Assembly: GCF_000255295.1 (NCBI RefSeq)
Contig: NC_017030.1
Location: 6,038,328-6,102,327, forward strand
Origin: Corallococcus coralloides DSM 2259
GTDB taxonomy: Bacteria > Myxococcota > Myxococcia > Myxococcales > Myxococcaceae
Reading direction: 5' to 3'
DNA length: 64,000 bases
In this document: positions 1 through 8,311 of the stretch, piece after piece
Layout of the letters: every line of letters starts with the position of its first letter
How positions within the stretch are numbered: position 1 is the stretch's first letter
Notes under the pieces: generated by a model
What the model saw: only the letters and a program-made list of their open reading frames with translations
The model's database searches: none
What the model was told of the DNA's origin: nothing
Program-made: the position numbers and the translations under genes

Positions 1-196
1 CCGGGAAGCCCTTGTAGCCCAGCTGACTGGGCGTCCCACCCCGCCGCGCCGTGTCCTCGCGAACCCACGCGTCAATGTCCGCCGTCGTCACGCCCGGCTG
101 GAGCCGGGTAGCCACATGCGCCAGCGTGCCCGCCGCCGCGCGGCCCGCCAGCCGCAGCCGCTCCACTTCACTGCCCTTGAAGAGAGGAATGCCCAT
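1..196 (-). CDS. map: Methionine aminopeptidase, N-terminal part; the gene continues beyond the window start
   Basis: The minus-strand translation from the ATG (cat at 194-196) reads MGIPLFKGSEVERLRLAGRAAAGTLAHVATRLQPGVTTADIDAWVREDTARRGGTPSQLGYKGFP, which matches the conserved type I MetAP N-terminus. It runs off the window edge, so it is absent from the ORF track. Confidence 0.6.
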   Translation of the reverse strand, partial: MGIPLFKGSEVERLRLAGRAAAGTLAHVATRLQPGVTTADIDAWVREDTARRGGTPSQLGYKGFP

Positions 197-297
197 GCCG
201 GGCAAGGTGGCACCCGCCCGTCCGGAGCGTCCAATGCTGTTCTGGCATGACGCGGCCTGGGTGCACGGCGCGCACGACTCGCGCTAACCTCACGCGC

Positions 298-582
298 GTG
301 AGCATCACGCACCTCCAGTCCTTCGTCGCGGTGGCGGAAGAGGGCCATGTGGGCCGGGCCGCGCTCCGGCTGCACATCACCCAGCCGCCGCTCAGCCGTC
401 ACATCCTCGCCCTGGAGGATGAGCTGGGCACGCCCCTCTTCGAGCGCGTCCCCAAGGGCATGCGTCTGCTGCCCACCGGTGAGGCCCTGCTCCACCACGC
501 GCGCCGCATCCTCGCGGAGGTGGAGGTCGCCACCCTCACCGTGCGCGAGGCGGCAGGAGCCTCCAAGCCGCCCTCCACCTGA
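298..582 (+). CDS. LysR-family HTH domain fragment (about 95-111 aa; C-terminal substrate-binding domain absent; likely a remnant or pseudogene)
   Basis: ORF 247..582 carries the LysR wHTH signature ITHLQSFVAVAEEGHVGRAALRLHITQPPLSRHILALEDELGTPLFER. It stops after about 110 aa where full-length LysR proteins have ~300. A GTG at 298 is the likely start. It is convergent with the helicase, whose stop lies 4 nt away. Confidence 0.45.
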   Translation: MSITHLQSFVAVAEEGHVGRAALRLHITQPPLSRHILALEDELGTPLFERVPKGMRLLPTGEALLHHARRILAEVEVATLTVREAAGASKPPST

Positions 583-585
583 CGG

Positions 586-3147
586 CTACGACCAGGCGGC
601 CATGCCGCCAATGCGGCGCAGCATCAGGATGGGGCCGTCGTCCATGCGCCGGCCGCGCAGGTCAATCTCACAGTCGATGACCCAGTCCCCATGGCCCTCC
701 GGGTCCATGATGCGCTGCTGGGCCTCCCACTGGCGCGTGCCCGCTTCCTTGAGCTGCGTGTTCGCCGGCTTGCGAGCCTGGGGCGTGAGCACCACCAGCT
801 TGTGCTCCTCGAAGTACGGCGCCATGGCCTGCTCCAGCTTCGGCGCGGTCCACTCGCCCAGCGCGTTGTCCAACATGCCCAGCGCGTCCAGGTAGCGGCG
901 CTGGCCCAGCGCGCGCAACAGCCGGTGCAGTTCCTCGCGCACGCGCGCGGCGAAGGCCTTGGGGTCCTCTGTGAGCTCCTTGGGCTTGAGGTCCACCACC
1001 GGCTTCACTTCGACGGGGGCCTCCGGGTTGCGCATCCGCTCCCACTCGTCCAGGAGGCTGGAGTCCACCTGACGCAGCGTCGCGCGCAGGTGGTCGATGA
1101 TGTCGTCCAGGTCCTCGTTGCGGAACTTCTCCGGCACCGTCTGCACCAGCGACTTGTAGACGTCACCCACGTAGCGCAGGAGCACGCCCTCGCTGCGCTG
1201 CAGGCCGTACTCGCGCACGTAGTCGTGGAAGGACATGAAGCGCTCGAACATGTCCCGGACAATGGACTTGGGCCGGATGTTCTCCTCGCCCACCCACGGG
1301 TGCTTCTTCGCGAAGGCGTTGAAGGTGCCGTAGACGAACTCGCGGTTCGGCTTGGGCCACTCCAGCTTCTCCAGCTCCTCCATGCGGTCGTCGTACTCCA
1401 CGCCCCGCGCCTTCATCTCCTGGATCTTCTCCCCCTTCAGCTGGTGCAGCTGCGCGTACAGCACCACGTCCGGGTTCTCCAGGATGGACTCCACCAGCGT
1501 GACGACGTCCAGCGCGTACGTGTCCAGCGTGGGGTCCAACAGCTCCAGCGTCTCATGCAGGTACAGGGACAGCGTGTGGTTGAGGCTGAAGTCGCGCTGC
1601 AGGTCCTCCGACACCTCCACCGTCGCCGAGTGCTTCTCCCACTGCACCACCTTCACGATGCCCGCGTCGCGCAGCGTGCGGAAGTACATCGCCGCGTCCT
1701 TCAGGAGCTTCTTCTTCGTGTAGTCGGAGCTGTGCGAGCGCATCACCAGCTGCACCAGCCGCCGGTAGCCGCCGCTGCCCTCCGTCTTGTCGCTCTGGAG
1801 CAGGTTGAGCAAGAGGCCGTGGCTCACGTCGAAGCGCGACTCCAGCGGCTCCGGCAGTCCGTTCTGGAGCCGCTCGAAGGTGCTCTTGTCGTACTGCACG
1901 AACCCCTTCTGCGGCGGCTTCGCCTTGGGCGACTTCTTCTTGCCCGCGGCCTCCTTCGCGGCCTGGCGGATGTTTTCGATCATGTACTCCGGGGCCTGCG
2001 CCACCACGCTGCCCTCGGTGTCGAAGCCCTTGCGGCCCGCGCGGCCGGCGATCTGCTTGAAGTCGCGCACGCTCAAGGTCGCCAGCTTCTCGCCGTTGAA
2101 CTTGAACAGCTGCGTGAAGAGCACCGTGCGGATGGGGATGTTCACGCCCACGCCCAGCGTGTCCGTGCCGCTGATGACCTTGAGCAGGCCCTGCTGCGCC
2201 AGCTTCTCCACGAGCAGGCGGTACTTGGGCAAGAGGCCCGCGTGGTGCATGCCGATGCCGTGGCGCAGGAAGCGCTGGAAGTCCTTGCCGTAGGGCGTGT
2301 CGAAGGGGGCGTCCAGCAGCGCCTGGCGGATCTCCTCCTTCTCCTCCTTGGTGTTGAAGTCCACGGACATCAGATTTTGCGCCTGCTCGGCCGCGGCCCG
2401 CTGCGTGAAGTTCACCAGGTACACGGGGTACTTCCCGCGCGCGATGAGGTCCTGGATGGTCTCGTGCAGCGGCACCTCGCGGTAGTCGAAGTCCAGCGGC
2501 ACGGGGCGCTCGGAGCTGCGCACCGTGGCCACCTCGCGGCCGGTGAGCTTCTCCAGGCTCTGCTCGATGACGTGCGTGTCGCCCAGCGTGGCGGACATCA
2601 ACAGGAACTGCGTCTTGGGCAGCGCCAGCAGCGGAATCTGCCAGGCCACCCCGCGCTCCTTGTCGGAGTAGTAGTGGAACTCGTCCATCACCACCGCGTC
2701 CACGCGCGCGGACGCGTCACGCAGCGCGAGGTTCGAAAGAATCTCCGCCGTGCAGCAGAGGATGGGCGCCTCGCGGTTGATGGACGCGTCGCCCGTCAGC
2801 ATGCCCACGTTCTCCGGGCCGAAGGCCTTGGAGAGCGCGAAGAACTTCTCGTTCACCAGCGCCTTGATGGGGCACGTGTAGAACGACACCTTGCCCTCGG
2901 CCATGGCCTTGAAGTGGAGCGCCATGGCCACCAGCGACTTGCCGGAGCCCGTGGGCGTCTTGAGGAACAGGTGCTTGTCGCTCAAGAGCTCCAGGATGGC
3001 CTCCTCCTGGGCGGAGTACAGACTCAAGCCGTTCGTGGCGACGTAGCTCACGAAGCGGTTGAGGATCTCGTCGGCATCGAGAGGGGGCTCGCCGGGCTTC
3101 GGCAGCAGGGCGGCGAGCGGGGCGCGGGTGTCGGCGGAGGCACTCAT
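586..3147 (-). CDS. DEAD/DEAH-box SF2 helicase with C-terminal DUF3516-like region (854 aa)
   Basis: ORF 586..3342, trimmed to the ATG at 3145-3147 (MSASADTR...). It has helicase motif I KTPTGSGKS, motif II DEFH, motif III SAT, and downstream helicase-C motifs. The long C-terminal extension is typical of DUF3516-containing helicases. Confidence 0.85.
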   Translation of the reverse strand: MSASADTRAPLAALLPKPGEPPLDADEILNRFVSYVATNGLSLYSAQEEAILELLSDKHLFLKTPTGSGKSLVAMALHFKAMAEGKVSFYTCPIKALVNEKFFALSKAFGPENVGMLTGDASINREAPILCCTAEILSNLALRDASARVDAVVMDEFHYYSDKERGVAWQIPLLALPKTQFLLMSATLGDTHVIEQSLEKLTGREVATVRSSERPVPLDFDYREVPLHETIQDLIARGKYPVYLVNFTQRAAAEQAQNLMSVDFNTKEEKEEIRQALLDAPFDTPYGKDFQRFLRHGIGMHHAGLLPKYRLLVEKLAQQGLLKVISGTDTLGVGVNIPIRTVLFTQLFKFNGEKLATLSVRDFKQIAGRAGRKGFDTEGSVVAQAPEYMIENIRQAAKEAAGKKKSPKAKPPQKGFVQYDKSTFERLQNGLPEPLESRFDVSHGLLLNLLQSDKTEGSGGYRRLVQLVMRSHSSDYTKKKLLKDAAMYFRTLRDAGIVKVVQWEKHSATVEVSEDLQRDFSLNHTLSLYLHETLELLDPTLDTYALDVVTLVESILENPDVVLYAQLHQLKGEKIQEMKARGVEYDDRMEELEKLEWPKPNREFVYGTFNAFAKKHPWVGEENIRPKSIVRDMFERFMSFHDYVREYGLQRSEGVLLRYVGDVYKSLVQTVPEKFRNEDLDDIIDHLRATLRQVDSSLLDEWERMRNPEAPVEVKPVVDLKPKELTEDPKAFAARVREELHRLLRALGQRRYLDALGMLDNALGEWTAPKLEQAMAPYFEEHKLVVLTPQARKPANTQLKEAGTRQWEAQQRIMDPEGHGDWVIDCEIDLRGRRMDDGPILMLRRIGGMAAWS

Positions 3148-3334
3148 CAGACCCGACTCTAAGGGGGTGCCGCCCCGTCCCCGTGAAAAATCGCGCGTTC
3201 CCGGGCCGGCACTCGCCCCCGGAGAGGCCCCCTGCCTGCCCGGCCTGTGCACCCGGGCACAGTGGCAACGGCTGAGACGCGCATGGCCATGGGCGGAGGG
3301 CCTCCCCATCCTGCCCACGCGACATTCACGGGGG

Positions 3335-3973
3335 ATGAACATGCGGACAGCGAAATTCTGGATGGGGACACTGCTGGCGGGCGCGCTGGCGCTGGGCTAC
3401 GGGTGCGGAAGCGACGCGAACAAGGATCCGACGCCGCAGGACGTGCCACAGCAGCAGGTCCCGGACGCGGGCGCCGACGCGGGCGTGGTGCTGACGCTCA
3501 CCGATGCGCAGATCGCCCGCGTCCTGCAAGTGGCCAACGAGGGCGAGGTGATGCTCGGCCAGTACGCCGCGCCGCTCGCCACCGACCAGGCCGTGATCGA
3601 CTTCAACAACCAGATGGTGACCGAGCACACCGCCGTGAAACAACGGCTGGACGCGCTGCTCGCGGCCGAGGGCATCACGCCCGAGGACTCCCCGCTGAGC
3701 CTCCAGTTGCAGGCGGAGGTCCAGCAGCTCATGGATGTCCTCCAGGGCCCGAACGCACCGGCCGCGGGCGCCGCGCTCGACCTGGCGCTGCTCAGCGCGC
3801 AGCTCAACGCGCACGCGCGCACCGCCTTCATCGGTGACAGCCTGCTGACGCCGCAGGCCACCAACACGGCCCTTCAGCAGGAGCTGGCCAGCGAACGGCA
3901 GGCCGTGCAGACGCACATCAACGAGGCGTCGGATCTCCAGTCCGTCATCGTCTTGCCTCCCGTCGAGCCGTAG
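3335..3973 (+). CDS. DUF4142-family lipoprotein (putative outer-membrane/periplasmic protein), paralog 1
   Basis: ATG at 3335 (MNMRTAKFWMGTLLAGALALGYGCGSD) gives a signal peptide plus a lipobox-like Cys. The C-terminal 156 aa are identical to the downstream paralog except one residue. High GC3 codon usage. Confidence 0.75.
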   Translation: MNMRTAKFWMGTLLAGALALGYGCGSDANKDPTPQDVPQQQVPDAGADAGVVLTLTDAQIARVLQVANEGEVMLGQYAAPLATDQAVIDFNNQMVTEHTAVKQRLDALLAAEGITPEDSPLSLQLQAEVQQLMDVLQGPNAPAAGAALDLALLSAQLNAHARTAFIGDSLLTPQATNTALQQELASERQAVQTHINEASDLQSVIVLPPVEP

Positions 3974-4079
3974 CGCGTTCCCCTGTCGCCGGAGCCAGCG
4001 GGTGGCTCCGGCGGCGGGACGGCGTCTGGGGCGTGGGTATGGGTTTCGCTCCGCGCGACATTCACTGAGGGGTGATCAC

Positions 4080-4751
4080 ATGCGAAGAGCAAGGTTCTGG
4101 TTGGGGGCGGTGGTGGCTGGGGCGCTCGCGCTGGGCGTGGGCTGCGATGACGACGACGACAACGACGGCAACTTCGATAGCGTGCCGGGGATGCCTGGCC
4201 AGCCGGACGATCCAGATTCGGGCACCCCGCCCGATCTCATTCCGAACATCCCGGATGCCGGACTGATACAGACGCTCAGCGACGCGCAGATCGCCCGCGT
4301 CCTGCAAGTGGCCAACGAGGGCGAGGTGATGCTCGGCCAGTACGCCGCGCCGCTCGCCACCGACCAGGCCGTGATCGACTTCAACAACCAGATGGTGACC
4401 GAGCACACCGCCGTGAAACAACGGCTGGACGCGCTGCTCGCGGCCGAGGGCATCACGCCCGAGGACTCCCCGCTGAGCCTCCAGTTGCAGGCGGAGGTCC
4501 AGCAGCTCATGGATGTCCTCCAGGGCCCGAACGCACCGGCCGCGGGCGCCGCGCTCGACCTGGCGCTGCTCAGCGCGCAGCTCAACGCGCACGCGCGCAC
4601 CGCCTTCATCGGTGACAGCCTGCTGACGCCGCAGGCCACCAACACGGCCCTTCAGCAGGAGCTGGCCAGCGAACGGCAGGCCGTGCAGACGCACATCAAC
4701 GAGGCGTCGGATCTCCAGTCCGCCATCGTCTTGCCTCCCGTCGAGCCGTAG
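4080..4751 (+). CDS. DUF4142-family lipoprotein, paralog 2 (acidic DDDDDNDG linker after the lipobox)
   Basis: ATG at 4080 (MRRARFWLGAVVAGALALGVGCDDDDD), lipobox LALGVGC. The C-terminal domain is 99.8% identical at nucleotide level to paralog 1. Confidence 0.75.
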   Translation: MRRARFWLGAVVAGALALGVGCDDDDDNDGNFDSVPGMPGQPDDPDSGTPPDLIPNIPDAGLIQTLSDAQIARVLQVANEGEVMLGQYAAPLATDQAVIDFNNQMVTEHTAVKQRLDALLAAEGITPEDSPLSLQLQAEVQQLMDVLQGPNAPAAGAALDLALLSAQLNAHARTAFIGDSLLTPQATNTALQQELASERQAVQTHINEASDLQSAIVLPPVEP

Positions 4752-4784
4752 CCAGAGCGCTTTCCGTCTCTGGATAAAAATACA

Positions 4785-4815
4785 GCTCGGGCTCTCAGAA
4801 CCTGAGAGCCCGAGC
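4785..4815. terminator. Perfect 14-bp-stem hairpin downstream of the second DUF4142 gene (terminator-like, no clear U-tract)
   Basis: The sequence gctcgggctctcag aac ctgagagcccgagc is an exact inverted repeat. Confidence 0.4.
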
Positions 4816-4899
4816 GCATTCGCACGACCCGTGGGGGAGGATTCGACCCAGGTGCTTTCCAATCGTGTCGGCCCGGTTTAGTAGGAATTTGGACCGCCG

Positions 4900-6555
4900 A
4901 TGCAAAAGCCAACCGAACCGACCTCCGCGCAGAGCGAGCCGTTGACGACGGGACGGGTCCTGCGCTCCACGTATGAGATTGGCACCGTGCTGGGCAAGGG
5001 CGGCATGGGCGCGGTGTTCCTCGCGCGTCACCTGCGCCTGCCGGGCAAGCAGGTCGCCATCAAGGTGCTGCACGGCGCGGAGGCGTTGTCGGAAGAGGTG
5101 GCGGTGCGCTTCCGGCGCGAGGCGGAGATCGCCTCCCGGCTGGGGCACCCGAACATCGTGGAGGTGCTGGACTTCGACACCCTGGAGGACGGCACGCCCT
5201 TCATGGTGATGGAGTACCTGCGCGGTGAGGGCCTGTCGCGCCGGCTGCGCAAGCAGAAGCAGCTGCCGCTGGATGAGGTCTTCTCCATCACGCGGCAGAT
5301 GGGCGCGGCGTTGCAGGCGGCGCACCGCGCGGGCGTGGTGCACCGCGACCTGAAGCCGGGCAACGTGTTCCTCGTGCCCACGGAGGCGGGCGGCGTCGTG
5401 GGCGAGCGCGTGAAGCTGCTCGACTTCGGCATCTCCAAGCTCGTGGACGCGCGCACGGTGATGACGCTGGACTCCGTGCTGATGGGGACGCCGCAGTACA
5501 TGGCCCCCGAGCAGGCCATGGGCCACAACAGCAACGTGGACGCGCGCACGGACCTCTTCGCGTTCGGCTGCATCGTCTACGAGATGCTCGCGGGCCGGCC
5601 GCCCTACTCCGGCGACAACGTCGCGGAGCTCATCTACCAGATCGTCCACCTGGAGCCCCCGCCGCTCCTGTCGCTGGCGCCCGGGACGCCGCCGCACGTG
5701 GTGGCGGCCATCTCCCGCGCGATGGCGAAGAAGCCGGAGGACCGCTACCCGGACGTGGGTGCGTTCATCCTGGAGCTGACGGGCAGCCCGCTCCAGACGC
5801 TCGCGGAAGTGAAGCCGGAGCAGCGCTCGCGCCCCACCACGCCCACGGCCCCGCCCTCGGCGCCGCGTCCGCCGGACCGAGAGGAGCACATCCCCACGGT
5901 GGGCATGCGTCCCCACGCCGGCCGCGATACCTCCCCTCCTCCCTCCGGGCCCCAGACGGAGTCCCTGGCCGCGCAGCCGCTGGCCCCCGCCCGCCCGAAG
6001 TGGCCGGTGGCCGTGGCGGTGGGGATGGCGGTCATCATCGCGTTCGCCGTCGCCTTCTTCTGGAAGCGCCCGGACGTGACGCCGCCCGCCGCCGTCGTGG
6101 TGAATCCCCCGGCCCAGCCTCGGCCCTCCACGCCCGTCACCCCGCCGCCCGCCGTGGTCGTGGCGCCGCCGGAGGACGTGAAGAAGCCCGTGGAGCCGGA
6201 GCCCCAGCAGACGCAGCCGACGGAGCCGGAGGAGCCCAGGCAGCCCACGACGGACCTGCCCACGGCGAACGCGAAGCCGAAGCCTCGCGGCACCCCCGAG
6301 TCCATGCCGGACAGCGTGCGCGAGGACCTGGTGGCGGCGCAGAAGGCGCTGGACGCGTCGAACACGGCGGAAGCGCTGCGTCACATCCGGCGCAGCCAGC
6401 GCACGAAGATCACCGGCCTGTCGTTCTCGCTGCTTACCCGCGTGTACTGCCAGCAGCACGACCTGGCGAACGCGCGAGCGCAATGGACCCGCGTACCGGC
6501 AACGGAACGTCCAAGGGTCCGACAATACTGTTCGCAGTACGATATCGACCTGTAG
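4900..6555 (+). CDS. Ser/Thr protein kinase with Pro-rich linker, single TM segment and C-terminal extracytoplasmic/TPR-like tail
   Basis: Hanks kinase motifs are present: GKGGMGAVF (Gly loop), VAIKVL, HRDLKPGNVFL, DFGISK, APEQ. A hydrophobic segment WPVAVAVGMAVIIAFAVAFF follows a PT-rich linker. Confidence 0.9.
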   Translation: MQKPTEPTSAQSEPLTTGRVLRSTYEIGTVLGKGGMGAVFLARHLRLPGKQVAIKVLHGAEALSEEVAVRFRREAEIASRLGHPNIVEVLDFDTLEDGTPFMVMEYLRGEGLSRRLRKQKQLPLDEVFSITRQMGAALQAAHRAGVVHRDLKPGNVFLVPTEAGGVVGERVKLLDFGISKLVDARTVMTLDSVLMGTPQYMAPEQAMGHNSNVDARTDLFAFGCIVYEMLAGRPPYSGDNVAELIYQIVHLEPPPLLSLAPGTPPHVVAAISRAMAKKPEDRYPDVGAFILELTGSPLQTLAEVKPEQRSRPTTPTAPPSAPRPPDREEHIPTVGMRPHAGRDTSPPPSGPQTESLAAQPLAPARPKWPVAVAVGMAVIIAFAVAFFWKRPDVTPPAAVVVNPPAQPRPSTPVTPPPAVVVAPPEDVKKPVEPEPQQTQPTEPEEPRQPTTDLPTANAKPKPRGTPESMPDSVREDLVAAQKALDASNTAEALRHIRRSQRTKITGLSFSLLTRVYCQQHDLANARAQWTRVPATERPRVRQYCSQYDIDL

Positions 6556-6615
6556 GGTCGTCCGGGCGCGCGGATTCTCCAGAGCGGGGGCGCGCCCGCA
6601 ATCCAAGGAGTCGTC

Positions 6616-7446
6616 GTGAGAGTCCTACTGGCAGTGGGGGTCGTGGCGCTGTCCCTGGGGTGTTCCCGGGGCGTGCGGCCCGACAGCGAGGTGGCGGGTA
6701 CGAAGCCCGTCACCGGCAAGGTGTATTCCAACGAGGCTGGCGAGAAGGTCACCCTCATCGCGCTGGAGCCCGGTGACGCGCACAAGGCGCTGGTGGCCTT
6801 CGAGGGCACGAAGAGCGAGCTGGACGGCCAGGTGCTGGTCGCGTCGGTGAACAGCGAGCGCGGCAAGACGCACTACTGGACGCCGTGGCGCGGCCGCAAG
6901 CAGCGCTTCGTCTCCGTGGAGGACCGGGGCGGCTACGAGGACCTCATCTTCAGCGACGTGAACCACACGGGCTACACGCACCTGAAGCCGGACGCGGGGA
7001 AGACGGGCGCGCTGAAGGTGGAGAAGATCTTCGAGCGCTACCAGGACCTGGAAGGCGACAAGAAGTACCAGGCGATGCTCGCGTTCGACCGCAAGTTCTG
7101 GGCGAACCAGGCGGAGGTGCAGCTGGGCGAGGCGCTCGCGGAGACGAACAAGGCGTGCGGCTCCAAGCTGACGTCCACCGTGGCCTGGGACTCCATCACG
7201 GACGCGCAGATCAACGAGATGTCCTTTGGCAGCTACTGCGTGGGCCCGCTGGAGTCGCTCCAGAAGCTGTGCGCGCGCTCCGACGAGGCCAAGCGCGCCG
7301 TCCAGCAGAAGCTCCAGACGGTGGAGTGCCGCATGGACGCGCAGGCCGCGCTGAAGCTGGAGGCCCAGAAGATCATCTGGTCCGTGACCTCGGGTTCGAC
7401 GGTGCAGCCGGACGAGACCACCACCTTCTTCATCGACAACCTCTAG
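6616..7446 (+). CDS. Lipoprotein, function unknown
   Basis: GTG start at 6616 is preceded by an AAGGAG RBS at 6605-6610. The signal peptide plus lipobox is LSLGCS. Codon usage is coherent. Confidence 0.65.
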   Translation: MRVLLAVGVVALSLGCSRGVRPDSEVAGTKPVTGKVYSNEAGEKVTLIALEPGDAHKALVAFEGTKSELDGQVLVASVNSERGKTHYWTPWRGRKQRFVSVEDRGGYEDLIFSDVNHTGYTHLKPDAGKTGALKVEKIFERYQDLEGDKKYQAMLAFDRKFWANQAEVQLGEALAETNKACGSKLTSTVAWDSITDAQINEMSFGSYCVGPLESLQKLCARSDEAKRAVQQKLQTVECRMDAQAALKLEAQKIIWSVTSGSTVQPDETTTFFIDNL

Positions 7447-7464
7447 AACGAAAGCCCACCGACA

Positions 7465-8280
7465 ATGACGCTTCGACGCATGGTCATCGCCCTGGGGCTC
7501 GTCCTGGCCCCGCAAGCCGCGCTCGCGCTGGATCCGCCCTGGAAGAAGGAAGAGAAGCTGCGCGACCGCATGGTGCTGGAGTCCGCCAGGGTCTGCGCGG
7601 ACGGCAAGGGCCACTACACGGTCATCATCCCCCACTCGCCGGAACACGAAGGCGACCTGTATTACGGGGACGGCAAGACGTTCACGCAGGTGACGCCCGT
7701 GGGCTACACCGACAGCAAGGAGGGCATGTTCTTCGAGCCGCGCTTCTTCAACCCCAAGGCCAACGAGAACTTCCGCGGTACGGACTACCGGGTCGTCTCC
7801 TATCTGCGGCTCAGCGAGGACGCCAAGACGTGCACGCTCAGCTGCGGGGAGAAGAGCCTGCCGCAGCAGCCGGTGCCGGCGGAGCAGGCCAAGGAGCTCC
7901 TGCGCAAGGCCACGTACCAGCCCAGCCCGGTGAAGTTCCAGCCGTACGCGCTGCTGCGTGACGACAAGGGCGTGTACTACCTGGTGGAGCGCGGCATCGG
8001 CGCGGACAACAAGAGCTTCCGCATCTTCACGGGCCAGCGCGGCCAGGTGAAGCAGCAGAAGATGCTCAACGTCGTCACCGACTCGCAGGGAGAAATCTTC
8101 TCCACGCAGGGCGGCGACCTGCGCCTCGTGGTGGACCGCGAGGAGCCGTCGTTCTGGGTGGTGAAGAGCAAGCGCCAGAAGCTGCGCGCGGTGCCGGTGG
8201 GTGAGAACCTGCCCTTCATCTACAACGAGCTGGGCGTCTACACGGGCGCGCGGCTGGGCACGCCCTGCGACGACGTGTAG
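7465..8280 (+). CDS. Secreted hypothetical protein
   Basis: ATG at 7465 followed by the signal peptide MTLRRMVIALGLVLAPQAALA. High GC3. No recognisable domain. Confidence 0.6.
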   Translation: MTLRRMVIALGLVLAPQAALALDPPWKKEEKLRDRMVLESARVCADGKGHYTVIIPHSPEHEGDLYYGDGKTFTQVTPVGYTDSKEGMFFEPRFFNPKANENFRGTDYRVVSYLRLSEDAKTCTLSCGEKSLPQQPVPAEQAKELLRKATYQPSPVKFQPYALLRDDKGVYYLVERGIGADNKSFRIFTGQRGQVKQQKMLNVVTDSQGEIFSTQGGDLRLVVDREEPSFWVVKSKRQKLRAVPVGENLPFIYNELGVYTGARLGTPCDDV

Positions 8281-8311
8281 TCCCGTAAGCACCGGGGAGC
8301 CCCGGGCACGG

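Noticed and set aside
691-3162. 823-aa ORF on the plus strand opposite the helicase
   Set aside because: Its composition is extreme in L/R/A/V/H/Q and it has no motifs. It lies antisense to a gene with clear helicase motifs. It is a typical high-GC antisense open frame.
4795-6606. 603-aa minus-strand ORF antisense to the Ser/Thr kinase
   Set aside because: It has Arg/Gly/Leu-rich low-complexity composition, while the opposite strand carries canonical Hanks kinase motifs.
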